Shown: in pieces, positions 1-12,823 of the stretch
Numbering within the stretch: the first letter of the stretch is position 1
How the letters are laid out: every line of letters starts with the position of its first letter
Source: Callorhinchus milii
Taxonomy: Eukaryota
Reading direction: 5' to 3'
Assembly: GCF_018977255.1 (NCBI RefSeq)
Contig: NW_024704743.1
Location: 10,232,001-10,296,000 of the forward strand
Length of the DNA: 64,000 bases
Notes under the pieces: generated by a model
Database searches by the model: none
What the model was told of the DNA's origin: nothing
Seen by the model: the letters and a program-made list of their open reading frames with translations, nothing else
Position numbers and translations under genes: made by a program

Positions 1-456
1 TGTATACGTTAAGTTTGCTCTTAAGTATTGACACTCAATGTTATACGTATTGTTGATCATAAATGTCACATCATCGAAAATTGTGATTCTTTATTGATAG
101 TTTGGGAGTGAACACTTCCATGGCGTTGGTACTGTAGTTTGCCCCAAAAGCTCTTTCACAGACATTTTTAGATTCCCTCTTTGCGGTTGCTGGTGTTTGA
201 GTGCATTTTTGACTTGGAGCTGATATTTCGGAGCTATTTTACAGAACACTGGCTGGTCTAACAGAGCGTGCTGTTTTTAGCTGCACTGAAATACTGCTCA
301 CAGGAAAAAATAAATGAGTGCTGAAATCATCAGACCCACATTGTGTTAAGAGGTGGTGGTGGATGTGGGGTTAAAATGCAACATTCAATGTCTACAGTTT
401 CATTGATGGTGTGATAGTGATTGCAAGACTGAATACTGAGACCCAAACCATCTGGG

Positions 457-510
457 TACAGTGGAACCCTATTATAACATGCTCCATTATGACATGGGTT
501 TGCTTATGAG
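457..510 (+). mobile_element. Possible Tigger/pogo-like DNA transposon end remnant
   Basis: TA followed by cagtggaaccctattataac resembles Tigger-type termini; no partner end found. Confidence 0.3.
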
Positions 511-730
511 GTGAGTGTCATGTGGATGCACAGCTGGTTTGCTCAATCTTGACTTTCCCAGGAAGTGACAGTCCAGAGGAAACAGGGTTTGCTTGGGACT
601 GAGCTGGCTCCAAGGTGATATGCTGAACAATGCAAATGTTGGAATCTCTGACAGTCTTGTTAGTACAGTTCCTGAGCCAAGCAGATCTGCCATGACAAAG
701 CAAAACACTGCTGATGAAAGACCAGCGAAC

Positions 731-957
731 CAGAGATGCCATCGTTCGGATGGGTCATTAAACTGAGGTCTCGTCTGCCTGTTGAGGTGGACGTTAAAGA
801 TCCCATTGCACTACTCAAAAAAGAAGAGTTCTGGACAGCAATCTCCCAGATAAAATTGGTCATTAACTCCATGACTCTCTGTGGGCATTGCTGTAGGCAA
901 ATTGAATGTCACATTTGTCTAAAAAACAATAACTCTCTGTGAAGCGCTCTGAGATAT
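731..957 (+). mobile_element. SINE-B (DeuSINE-like) fragment lacking its head
   Basis: Body motif gtctgcctgttgaggtggacgttaaagatcccattgcact, then tgtgggcattgctgt and gtgaagcgctctgaga, as in other copies. Confidence 0.75.
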
Positions 958-2354
958 GTAATAATAATAATAATCCTTGCATTTAATATTTGATTGCATT
1001 TGATATAGCGCCTTATCACCAAGGATCCATCCTTGGCCCTCTCCTCTTCCTAATCTATATGCTCCTTCTTGGGGATGTCATCCACAGACATGGGGTACAC
1101 TTCCACATGTATGCAGACGACACCCAACTCTATTTTTCCACCTCACTTTGCGACTGTCAGCCTGCCTGTCAGACATCAGGAGCTGGATGAGTGCGAATTT
1201 TCTTCAGCTAAATGTTGACGTGATGGAAGCCAAACTCTTGGGCTCTCGTCAACATCTTCAATCGCACGGTTCTCACCTACCCGACCTCCCCCTAAAACGC
1301 TCCAAACCCGTATGCAACCCAGGCATCAAGTTCGACCCCCAATTATCCTTCCTCCCCCACATCCGGTGCCTCACCAGCACCACTTTCTTCCACCTCCGAA
1401 GCATCGGCAGTCTCCACCAATATCTCACCCCAAAAGCCGCCAAAACTCTGGTCCATGCCTTTGTCACCTCTCGGCTGGACTATTCAAATACCCTCCTCAC
1501 CGGTCTCCCCTCCACTACCATTCATAAAATCCAGGTCATCCAGAATTCTGCCGCCCGCATTCTTACTCACACCAAACTCCACTCCCCGATTACCCCAGTC
1601 CTTGCTAGATTGCACTGGCTGCCTGTCCCAGAGAGGATTGATCCTCACTCTTGTTTTCAAATCCCTCCACTCCTCTGCACCCCTTTACCTCTCTGACCTC
1701 CTCTCTCCTCACAGCAGTGCCCCTTGCCTTCGCTCCACTGGGTCTGGCCTCCTCCTTGTCCCCCAAATCCTCCGCTCCACCATCGGGGAGTAGCCGCTAT
1801 GCCCCGAGGCTCTGGAACCACCTCGCCCTCTCTCTTCCTACTTTCAGGTCTCGGCTAAAAACCTTTCTTTTCGACCGCGCCTTTGGTCACCTTCTTCCCC
1901 CTCCCCCTGGCTTAGCCCCAGGATCCATTACTGTGAAGCGCTCTGAGACGCCATCCGGCGTGGAGGCCGCTATATAAATCCAAGTTGCTGTTGTTGTTGT
2001 ATCACGTCTTTGAGACATCTCAAAGCACTTCACAGAATATACTCTAAAGTGAATTGACTGTATACTTTGTGGGCAAAATGCAGCAGCCAATTGTGCACAG
2101 CAGTGTCCCACAAACAATCGTGGATTGAGTGACAAAATTATTATTATATTTTGCATTATTTTTGTTTTTGAAGGGATTATTACCACTGAAAATATGATCT
2201 GCCAATCGTCTAATAACCAGGTTCCTAATTACTGGTAAGTCAACAGAGCTGTGTGGGGTAAAGAAACTTGCCTAATGTTTCACCCTGCGGGGAATAAAAC
2301 CCAGGTCATCTTTCTTGAGAGGCAAGTGCTCTAACCACTAAGCTATGGGACTCC
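958..2354 (-). mobile_element. SINE-A long form, split by an L2 insertion (pieces 958-1019 and 2000-2354)
   Basis: (AAT)n tail plus ttgcatttgatatagcgccttatcac, resuming at tatcacgtctttgagac; tRNA-like head ends at ggactcc 2354. Confidence 0.85.
1020..1999 (+). mobile_element. 5'-truncated L2 LINE (RT C-terminus and 3' UTR), frameshifted
   Basis: [40 protein letters not shown] motifs; (GTT)n tail; TSD TATCAC at 1014-1019 and 2000-2005. Confidence 0.92.
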
Positions 2355-4167
2355 ACAATTTCAACATTATAGACGGATTGTTATTGTTGAGGATTGTTAT
2401 TGTTGTAGGTTGACTGTGTCCGGGACATCGAGGACCAATCAAAGTGTGAATTATTACAAGGTTCTAAATTTCACTACTTGTGTTAATTAACACATAGGTA
2501 TTAATTAACACATTGCACATTGTAATTTTCACCTTTGTTTCTAGGCAATCACTTTTCTATCATCTCATGGTGAATTATGTTTAAATCAAAACTTGAGAAA
2601 CATGCTCAGTCTTTCAGTTCACCCTAGAATACAAAGTGCAAGCCTCAAAATTATACCATGTAGTTGACACCTATTTAGAACTTCTCAGTCATGAGAAACC
2701 ATTGACTAAGAGGTCATAGACGTACACATAGTTGGGTGGATTGGATTATGGTTTGATCGGAAATTTAAATCGGCTAAATCTTCAGAACCAGTTCAGAGTG
2801 ATGACTGTGTGTTTTGTAGGTGAATGCTGTTTGCCCACTTTACAGTATATCCTGTGAAGCTCTTGGATACGTCCTCCTGATGTGAAAGGTGCTACATTGA
2901 ATGTAGGTATTATTACTATTATTTAATTGGTAATGCGTGGATAGCAGTAACAGAGAACCAATGTGGAATAGAGCTGTTATAAGAAGCTAAGCTATCAAAC
3001 GCTCCGAGACAGCTTCCAAGACTGCTATATAAATGCAGGTTGTTGTTGTAATAATAATAATCTTTGCATTTGATATAGCGCCTTATCACGTCTTCGAGAC
3101 GTCTCAAAGTACTTCACAGAATGTACTGAAGTATTCAGGATCCTAATGGGTATAGATAAACTGAACCCTAATAATATGGTTAACATGGTCACAAAATCTA
3201 CAACAGGAAACAAGAGGCAAACGATTGAAATCTAATTGTTTTATATCAAAATGTCAGCATGCTGCATAGATTACCCTAGGAGGCAATGGATGTCAGAAAG
3301 CTGATAATAGAATTAGATTTTTATTTGACAAAGAAATTGATCGAGGGGTTTGAGAGAGCTGTGTAGGATTATTTATTATTCCTTTTTTTCACTTTTGGGA
3401 CCATTTGGATGGATCACAAGGGTTTTTCCCAGACCTATACATTCCGATTTCATTTCCACTGGCAGTGAGCAAAGATCAAAGCTGTATGCTTCCTAGCTTT
3501 TCACATTAGCTAATCCCACTAAATTATCAACATATCTCTTCAGAATTAAATGCATCAAGTGTGTATCTTAAGGCTATTGTTGAAATAAAATCCATCTGAA
3601 TTTTACGTTTATTATGACAACTTGATCTACCCGAGACAAGCCAGTTAAAAAACATGAAGAGTGACAACATAATTCCCCTTAATCTGGTGCTCCTGCTACA
3701 GATCAATGTCCATGATTCTTTTTTAGTTGCTGATCTGTGAAAGGTGTGGAGAAGGAAACACTTTACGTCCCATGTTTCATCACCCATGCACAGTGACTGT
3801 AATCTGCTACTAGGTGACACGACAGAAATAATATCTACATTTTTGACTGTACTGATAAATCTGGGCTCCATTCCTGGTCAGACAAAAACATTACTATACT
3901 TGAGATAAACGCTGTTTCTGGCCAGTGTTGCTCAATTAAATGCAGCAAGTCTTGTCTTATCTTTATCTGAGAAATTCAGAATAAAGTGTCTTTTTTAAAT
4001 GTAGTGTATTAGTGTAAATATTTACAGTGCCATGTCATGCATGTAGATTCACTTGTTCATTAAAAAACTAAATAGGTTACTGTCTGTGTATAATTGCTTT
4101 GAGATACTCAGCAGCCATAATTTGGAATAATTCTTTAAGCACTGCATCTCCTCTGTACTTTACACTT

Positions 4168-4420
4168 CCCGTCTGCCTGTTCTGGTGGATGTTAAAGATC
4201 CCATAACACTCCTCTTAAAGAGTAAGGATTTTTCTCGGTGTCCTGACCAACAATCCGCCAGATAAGATTGATTGTTCACTTCATGACTATTTGTGGAAAA
4301 TTGGCATGTGCAAATTGGCTGCTGAATTTGCCTACAAAATGTCATTAAACCTTTGTGAAGCACTTTGAGATGTCCTCCAACCATAAAAGGTGCTATATCA
4401 AATGCAAGGATTATTATTAT
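4168..4420 (+). mobile_element. SINE-B 3' fragment
   Basis: gtctgcctgttctggtggatgttaaagatccc body and gctatatcaaatgcaaggattatt tail. Confidence 0.75.
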
Positions 4421-4559
4421 TGCTGTTGTTAGTATTATTTTATTATAATAAGGTGATGTTAGTGAGTTGTGAACCTGATTTATTCCATGATGAGTAAATT
4501 AATTTCCTCCTATGGCAAAGGTGAAAATGATGTACAGGTGACTAACTCACCATCACAAT

Positions 4560-5047
4560 ATTAATTCATCCACTCCTGCCTCACAATCAGACTAAATGCT
4601 CCGTTACCCTATCACCCTTACTCTCGCCTGGCTAAATCGGCTGCCCATTCCTCCAGACGATAGAGTTCAAAATCCTCATCCTTACCTTCAAAGCCTTCCA
4701 TGGCCTTGCTCCTCCCTACCTCTTTGATCTGCTAACACCAAATTGACCTGTTCACTCACTTTGCTCAGCAGGGTCCTGTCTGCCTGCACGTCCCCTGCCC
4801 GGCCCTCCGCACCATCAGTGGTCAGTTATTCAGCCGCTCTACCTCTACCCTTTGGAATTCCATCCTATAGTCTCTTCACCTCACCCCCTCCCTTGCCTCC
4901 TTCAAAACCCATCTCACAACCTTGCTCTTCAACCGTGCCTTCGGTCACCCACCTACCCCCACCCTCCCTGCCCTCCATCTCTCCTGATCTCAACCCCCAG
5001 CTCAGGTGCAAATCCTATGCAAATGTAATTTGTTGTTGTAGTTGTTG
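4560..5047 (+). mobile_element. Decayed L2 3' fragment
   Basis: ttcaaaatcctcatccttaccttcaaagcc (FKILILTFKA), pyrimidine-rich 3' UTR, (TTG)n tail. Confidence 0.8.
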
Positions 5048-5449
5048 TCCTTATAGAATCATGAGTGGCAAAAATAATGAGGGTCCAAATTCTGGCAAAC
5101 AAACATTGAAAGAGTTAAATGTCTTTCAATGGGGTGGTAGGGGAAGGGGCGGCGGAATTGCTTTTGTCTGGTTCATTTGTGCTCAGATATTCCAACAGAG
5201 ATAAACGTTTTCTCTGGAACTGTCAGCAAGTGTGAATCAGCCCGGACAATTACATGCAAAGAGTTCTCTGGTATGGTAGTTAGGAAGCTCAACTTGGTCA
5301 TGGTACCTAGCGACCACAATATTACTTTGCAAACATCTTCCAACATGAAAGACTCTATATCAATCGCAAGGATTTTTGTTATTATTATGAATAAACATGC
5401 CATTGGACAGACAGTCATGCAGTAGCTACAGCATGGCACAATCCAAATC

Positions 5450-7975
5450 AAAACAACAACAAAATTCCATTTATAGAGTGCTTTTCATGTCAGGAGGAAG
5501 TCCCAAGGCGCTGGACAGTTAGGGGTCAGGACCCAAATATGAAGGAGGGGTGGGGTAGGGGTGAGGGAAGGCCGAGAGGCTGGAGGGCGACCGAAGGCAT
5601 GATCGAAGAGAAGGGTCTTGAGACCGGCCTTGAAGGAGGCAAGGGAGGAAGCGAGGCGAAGCGACCATGGGATGGAGTTCCAGAGTGTGGGGGCAGAGAG
5701 GCCGAACGCTCGGCCACCGATGGTAGGGCGGGTCGGGCAGGAGACATGGAGCAGACTGGAGCCCGCTGAACGGAAAGAGCATGCAGGTTGGTAGTGAGTC
5801 AGCAGGTCAGAGAGGTAGGAGGGGGCAAGGCCATGGATGACCTTGAAAGTTAGGATGAGGATCTTAAATTCAATCCTCTGGGGGATGTGGAGCCAGTGGA
5901 GTCGGGCGAGGGTGGGAATGATGGGGTCACGGAGCCTGGTCCGTGAGAGTACATGAGCTGCAGAGTTTTGGATGATCTGCAGCTCGTGAAGGGAAGATTT
6001 GGGAAGGCTGATGAGGAGGGAGTTTCCATAATTGAGCCTTGATGTGACGAATGCGTGGGTAAGGGTTTTGGCAGCCTGAGGGGTGAGGCAATGGCGGAAT
6101 CTGGCAATGCTTGGGAGGTGGTGGTAGGCAGTGGCATTCATGGATGTGGGGGAGAAAGGACAGTTCAGGGCCAAACAAACAACCCAGGTTCCTGACTGGC
6201 TTAGTGAGGTTGAGTGTGTAGCCATGGAGGCTGATGCTGCCAGGGCCTGAGGTGCGGAAGCGCTAGCGCGAGCCAATCAGGAGGGCCTCGGTCTTGCTGA
6301 CATTCAGCTTGAAAAGGTTGTCCCTCATCCAGGACTTGATGTCGGACAGGCAGTTGGTCAGGACGCCAGTAGTCCTGGAGTTGAGGGTGGAGGCAGAAAG
6401 ATAGAGTTAGGTGTCATTCGCATATATGTGGAAATTCACCCCATGTCTGCGGATGATATCATCAAGTGGGAGCATGTAGAGGATGAAGAGGAGGGTACCT
6501 AGGACAGAGCCCTGAGGAAAGCTGCATGAGATGGTGCGGGGACTGGTGGAGAAGCCATTAGCTGAGATGAAGTGGAGACGGTGTGAAAGGTAGGACCTGA
6601 ACCAGTCAAGGAGGTTGAAATGGGAGGAGAGGTGGTGGAGAAGGATTGAATGGTCCACAGTGTCAAAAGCGGTGGTGAGGTCAAGGAGGACGAGGGATCC
6701 CTGGTCACACATGGTCAGGATATCATTTGTGACCTTGACCAAAGCAGTTTCCGTGCTGTGGGCAGCATGGGAAACCTGATCGGAGGGGCTCATGGAGGGA
6801 GTGGGAGTAGAGGAAAGAGCGAAGCTGGGAGGCAATGGCTCTCTCAAGGACCTTGGACAGAAAGTGAAGGTTGGAGATAGGCCGGTAGCTGGATCGCTGT
6901 GTTGGGTCAATGTAAGGTTTCTTCAAGGTGGGGGTGATAGTGGCTGTTTTGAGGGGGGTAGGAACAGTGCCAGGTGACAGGGAGAGGTTGATGATGTTGG
7001 TGAGTATTGGGGCAAGGAGGTGGAGCTGGGGTTTGAGGAGAGGTATGGCGATGGGGTCCAGGGAGCAGGTTGTGGGCTTCATGGAGGATATGGTGGTGAT
7101 GATAGAGGAGGAGGTGACAAAGGTGTGGAAGGAGGAATGGTCAGAGTGTGGGGTGGGGATAGGGAGGGGGTGGAAGTTGGGAGGGCAGTGGCAGCTGAGC
7201 GTATACCCTCGATTTTAGACTCGAGGAAGATCAGCATTTCCTCACAGTGGGAGTTGGAGGATCTGCGAGGTGTGGTAGGGAGGGCGGAGGAGCCGGTTGG
7301 TGGTGGAGAACAGAAGCCTGGAGTTGCCCTTCGCCTCCAGGATTAACTTGGAATAGAAGGATGATTTGGCCGAGGAGCGAGCGGAGCGGTAGGTTTTGAT
7401 GTGGTCCAGCTGCATTCGGCAGCCCGCACCTGGCCCTTGAGCGAGTGGAGGTGGCTGGTGAACCAGAGTGAGGATCGGGAATAGAAAGCAGTTCGGGAGG
7501 TGAAGGGGACAAGGGCGTCGAGTGTGGAGGAGAGGATGCTGTGGAGGAGAGTAAACGCAGAGGATGGGTTGGTGCAGGAGGTGGGCCAGAGGAGAAGGAG
7601 TTCAGAGGACTCCAGGGCAATGGAGAGGGATTGCGGGGAGATCTTTTTCCACGGGTGGTAGGAGATGATGTTAGGTTTGGAGGCAGTGGGGAGAGGGATA
7701 TAGGAGTTGAGGGAGTCAAAATGGTGGTCAGAAATGGCCTTGTCGATGATGGTGACATCCGAGACGCTGAGGCCCCAGGTGATAGCAGAGTGGATGTGGA
7801 GGGAGAGGTTGAGAGAGGAGAGGAGAAAGGAGAAGTCTGAGAAGGTGGAGCAAGAGGGGGTGAAGTGGAGGTTGAAGTCGCCTAGGATGATGAGGTGCTC
7901 GGAGCAGAGGCAGAGGGAAGCTAGAAGTATGGAGATCTCAGAAATGAAGATGGGGGAGGATTTGGGGGGGGGGGA
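5450..7975 (-). mobile_element. L2 LINE, about 2.5 kb, decayed ORF2 (endonuclease C-terminal part, RT, 3' UTR)
   Basis: ILGDFNLH, TCSLDPI, YRPISNLHFLSKVLER, HSTETALVKVTND, PQGSVLG, LHWLHIPQRIEFKIL in shifting frames; (CAA)n tail at 5450. Confidence 0.93.
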
Positions 7976-8180
7976 CAGTAATTTTATTGATCAGAAAAGA
8001 CTTCAGATCAATAAAGTGCTCCACACTCTCTTTAAGAAAAGGAGTTTGAAATTGCCATGAATGATTTTTTTTGAGAGCATAAAAAAGTCATAAATTTGAG
8101 ATGTCTGAGTTTAAAACAAATGGGAAAACTCCAGGCCAGTCAAGGTTCCTGTAATGCATTGTGTTTCTGGAGGCTGCTTA

Positions 8181-8510
8181 CAACAACAACAACAACAACA
8201 ACAAGATTCCATTTATAAAGCGCCTTTCACGTCAGGAGGACGTCCCAAGGCGCTGCACAGTTGGGTCATGACCCGAGCAGGGGGGAAATGGTCAGGGTGA
8301 GGGGAGGGAAGGGAGGGAGCGAGGAGGGGGAAATGGTCAGGGTGAGGGGAGGGAAGGGAGGGAGCGAGGAGGGGGGAAATGGTCAGGGTGAGGGGAGGGA
8401 AGGGAGGGAGCGAGGAGGGGGGAAATGGTCAGGGTGAGGGGAGGGAAGGGAGGGAGCGAGGAGGGGAAAGAGAGTCGAGAGGGGAGCTGAAGGCTCGGTC
8501 AAAGAGACAG
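8181..8510 (-). mobile_element. L2 3' UTR fragment with internal tandem expansion
   Basis: Matches the 3' end of the L2 at 15700-15889 in reverse; (CAA)n tail at 8181-8204. Confidence 0.9.
8281..8466. repeat. G-rich minisatellite, 4 x 45-46 bp
   Basis: Unit gggggaaatggtcagggtgaggggagggaagggagggagcgagga; aaatgg at 8286, 8331, 8377 and 8423. Confidence 0.95.
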
Positions 8511-8844
8511 GATGCAGCTTCTCATTAAGGATATTCAAAGTTTAAGATGATATCAACAACTTAACAAGGTCTTGGCAATCCCTAATTTACATGTCTAATT
8601 TTTATCTGCATGAAGTACTTAAAATGTTAAGTGGACTTAGGATGTCTGGGTCAGAACATAAAATTCTACGTCATTAATTAGAACAATTTCCTTGGATTCC
8701 TAGGATTTTTACTGGCATATTTGACTCGTTCAAGAATGAGACTGAATCGAAGCATTACTTCTGCAAAACTTGCATGACTAGGTTCTTCACTTATAAAGAA
8801 GAACTATATCAGGACATTTTTTCCATTTTCATTCAAATGTGTGG

Positions 8845-9113
8845 CGCTATTGAAAAGAGAAGGGAGCTTCTCTCAGTATGCTTGGCCAACAATTCTCCAA
8901 ATAAAATTGGTCATTCACTTCATGGCTATTTGAGGGAGATGCTTGTGTGCAAATTAGCTGCCTACAAATGCATATATCAAATGCAAGGATTATTTTATTA
9001 TTATTATACTACAAATACATGATCACTACACTTCAGAGAAAATCCGGTCAAGAGCTTTGAGGTGTCCTCCCAATGTGAAAGGTGCTATATCAAATGCAAT
9101 GATTATTATTTAT
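8845..9113 (+). mobile_element. SINE-B 3' fragment
   Basis: aaaagagaagggag, aaattggtcattcacttcatggct and gtgaaaggtgctatatcaaatgc tail. Confidence 0.75.
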
Positions 9114-9475
9114 TAATGATAATAATAATAATTCTTGTATTTGATATAGCACCTTATCATGTCATTGAAATGTCCCAAAGCGCTTCACAGAATATACTGT
9201 AAAGTGAATTGACGGTATATTTTGTGTGCGAAACACGACAGCCAGTCCCACAAACAATCATGGATTGAGTGACCAAATTATAATTTTTTATTTATTTATT
9301 GTTTTGAAGGGATTATTATCCCTGGAAAGCAAACCTCCAATCAATTAATAACCAGGTTCTACTTACTGCTAGCTAAACAGAGGTGTGTGGAGTACGGAAA
9401 TATGCCTAAGTTTCACCCTGCCTGGGAATCGAACCTAGGTTCTCTCGTCTGCGAGGCGAGTGCTCTAATCGCTAC
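9114..9475 (-). mobile_element. SINE-A long form
   Basis: (AAT)n tail, ccaggttctacttactgctag middle, tRNA-like head with B-box (ggttcgattcc on minus strand). Confidence 0.85.
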
Positions 9476-11369
9476 ATTATTAAATCCTGTGGAGCCCTTT
9501 AAACATCCACTAATATGAAACACTCTGTGTGAAATGCAAGAATTATCACTTATGGTGACCTACATGTTCTGCTTTCACTTGTGCCTTGTGCTTTTTTTTC
9601 CTTACTGTAACCAAACACGTAAAAATATTTTAACCCAAATGAGACACTAGTTTCTTTTAACTTCTTTACTGTGATCAAACTATTAATTCCAGTGATCCAC
9701 TCGCACTTGATTTCCAAAATTATTTCATAATTCAGGGTTTGTGCGGTGTTGCTGTTTTTAGCTTTCTTGCACAAAATACACGGCCAATCCATTTTACAAT
9801 ATATTCTGTGAAGCGCTTTGAGATGTCTCAACAATGTGATAAGATGCAATATAAAATATAAGGATTATTATTGTTGTTATTATTATTTATTATTAGCTTG
9901 TAGACTGATGGAGATATACAGTAGTTCAGTAGAACTGGTTCTGATGTAGCTGAGGCTGTGGTGTCTTGGAATCTCCCCTGTTTAATCTGTGGGGTGGAAT
10001 TCCAAGCAGCTGCCAGAAGCAGTTGGCAATGCTGCTGTTAGAATACTGGGCTGCGTGCTCTCTGTGCGATACTCAAGTGGCAGTGCTGATGCTTGAACGT
10101 CAATCGCAGTGAAGTTTTTATTTGCTGTTTAAAAATCCAGGGATTTGGGTTTTATTCCATTCACATATGCATGGAACCTTACACATTTTTTTTCCGATTG
10201 ACCCCTCTCCCCATCTCCCAAAGTGGAGGCCAGCTGAGCTATCATTAACCCTCTACCAGGAGAGTGCACCCTGCAATGGTTATTTAGCTTGGTGTAACAG
10301 ATGCAGAATGCAGAAGCAGGATGAGAAGTGCCACCTTGGGAGGGGGTGGTAACTAGCTCAACAGGTAAGGGCCTTGTTTGGCAGCTAACAGCCTTGCCTC
10401 TGAAGTCGGAACTGTCACCAGAGGTAGTGCTGTAAATTAAATGCAGTTTAAGATGCACGTACATAAATGGAATTTAGAGCATGACACACTCACACACAAG
10501 CAGATATTTTTTTACACAGAGCTGGAGATTCATCTTGGCTACTTTTGGGAAAGGTGGGAGGTCAGCAGCTCTCCAGTCAATAGATGACCAAATGCCCGTG
10601 TTACACAATCAGTGGTTTTCTGAAAAGCAGTCCAAATAATTTCATTATTTGTTTTCCTTATAATTATTAAATTGCAGACTTCCTTTTTTTAGAATAGCCC
10701 TGTGCCTTTCACCTTCATTTTCTCTGCTTCATTTATGCGGCTCCACAATTAACAACAAGCAAGGCTTTGTCCTAAAATGAGACTCACTGAATACGAGCTG
10801 GAACACACTGGGGCTTGTCCATGTGAATCCAGTTTGTTCTCACTGTCTCTCACTCTCTCTTTTCTCTGACTCTTTCTGTACCAATGAAAACTTTTTTTAA
10901 TTCCCTGTTTCTTTTCACTTTATTCCAATTCATAACCTTCATTCTGCTTGGATTTTCTCCCTCTTCTGTTTGTGAAATTTTGGTTTTATTTTTATTTTAC
11001 TCTCTCACATTAACTTTAATTTTCTCCTCGCTGTTCATTTTGTTTTTATGAATAACAATAAAAATCCTTGCATTTGGTAAAGCATCTTTTACAACAAGCG
11101 GATGTCTCAAAGCTCTTCAGATTCACTGTAAAGTCCAGTGACTATATATTTCGTAGGTGAATTTCAACACTACCTTTTTTTTCCTTTCTGTATTGCTGCT
11201 TTTCCTTATTACTCTTATTATTTCCCAGCTTCTTTGCTCACTTACCCTTTGTGCCTCTTCATCCCCCAATAATAATAATCCTTGCCCTTGATACAGTGTC
11301 TTATCACATTGAAACGTCTCAAAGAACCTCAGTTTTTTTCTGTGAACTGCAGTTAGTGTGTATTTGTTT

Positions 11370-11650
11370 GCAAACACAGCATAATTTGTGCATAACAAGT
11401 CCTAATTTTGTCTGGGAGGTTGGTTGTTGGCTAGGATACTGGAAGAAACTCCTTTCTATTTTTGAAAAGAGCCATGGGATCTTTAATATCCACATGAACA
11501 AACAGAGTTTATTCATGCAAATTCCAACACCTCTGACGTTGCAACACACTCCCAGCTTGTTAGCCTGGACTATGAATTCAAAGCCTTGACATGGGCCTTG
11601 AACCTACAATCTTCAGATTCAGAAGTCAGAATGCTACCAACTGAACCAAT
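11370..11650 (-). mobile_element. SINE-B, decayed, with head
   Basis: gccatgggatctttaat body and gaacctacaatcttcagattcagaagtcagaatgctaccaactga head. Confidence 0.7.
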
Positions 11651-11939
11651 TGCTATTTATGACTCAAAGTTGTTATCTAGGTTTCAAAAGCACATTTTTT
11701 ATCCCACTACCATATGCTATACAAGCCAAGTTTCCCAATTCAAAAGTACAAAAAGAAAATGTCAAAGTAATAAACTGTGGATAAAAAGTACCCAAATCAA
11801 CAGTTTATACACTTCCAATAGACCTATTTCCATGATTTGCCATAATTACCAGAATTATTACAAAATTGAAAAATGGAAACATTTGATTTTGGTATATTTT
11901 TATTTTATTACTTTAGGATTTTCTCTTTATACTTTACAT

Positions 11940-12492
11940 AATAATAATAATCCTTGCATTTGACATAGCACCTTATTACGTGGCAAAAATGTCTCAAAGT
12001 GCCTCACAGGATTTACTGTGAAATGGAGTCACTGCATGTTTGCAGCAATTAGCACAATTGCACACAGCAATGCTCAACAAACAGCCATTTTATTTTGGGG
12101 ATATTCTTGGCCAGGACACTGGAAGAAATTCCCTTCTCTTCTCGAACAGTGCCATGGCATCTTTAATGTTAACTTGAACAGGCAGATGGAAACTTGGATT
12201 AACAACAACAACAACTTATTTATGTAGTGCCTCTCACACAGGGTAGTGTCACAGAGCTCTTGACAGTGGCGGAAAACAACGCCAAGCTTGGGGGAGAGGG
12301 GAGGTGACCATAGGCATGGTTGAAGAGAAAAGTCTTCAGGTGTGACCTGAAAATGGGGAAGCAGGGGATTAGGTGGAGGGATAGAGGAAGGGTCATCTGA
12401 AGTTAATAAGAGTTAATGTCTCATCCAAGGATAGCACCTCTGACAAAGCAACACCTCTGCAGCGCTGCATTGGAGTGTCATCTTAGACTTTA
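11940..12492 (-). mobile_element. SINE-B interrupted by an old L2 3' end (about 12200-12395)
   Basis: SINE tail and body flank a (CAA)n-led L2 3' UTR fragment. Confidence 0.65.
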
Positions 12493-12823
12493 CAAACAAC
12501 CAAATAACCTAACACATAAATCTCTACCTGACCCCAATCTCCTAATATTCAAAGCTAAGACAATTAACTGTTAATGATGCTGTATGTTGCATTGAAATAA
12601 TTGGCAGCAGAACAGATTCAATAGTGACATCCCTAGACATACAGAACCGCATTATCACAAGCATTCATTGTTTTATTTAGGAATGTATTGAGTACATTCC
12701 CAGTAATGTCTGGCACTACGAATAGACATATTTATCCAAATTAAATTTATTCCCTTATCAAGAGGAACAATACCAAATCTCTATTACGTTACTGAATCTA
12801 ATAATGAATTCCTTCATTCCTGT

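Noticed and set aside
711..730. ctgatga motif as a second hammerhead
   Set aside because: No stem II, no GAAA box and no Penelope context.
5173..5451. Overlapping 82-aa and 92-aa ORFs in unique-looking DNA
   Set aside because: No recognisable protein similarity and only weak splice signals.
10260..10364. AG...CAG/gtaagg exon-like segment
   Set aside because: Stop codons in all three frames; a non-coding exon cannot be supported from sequence alone.
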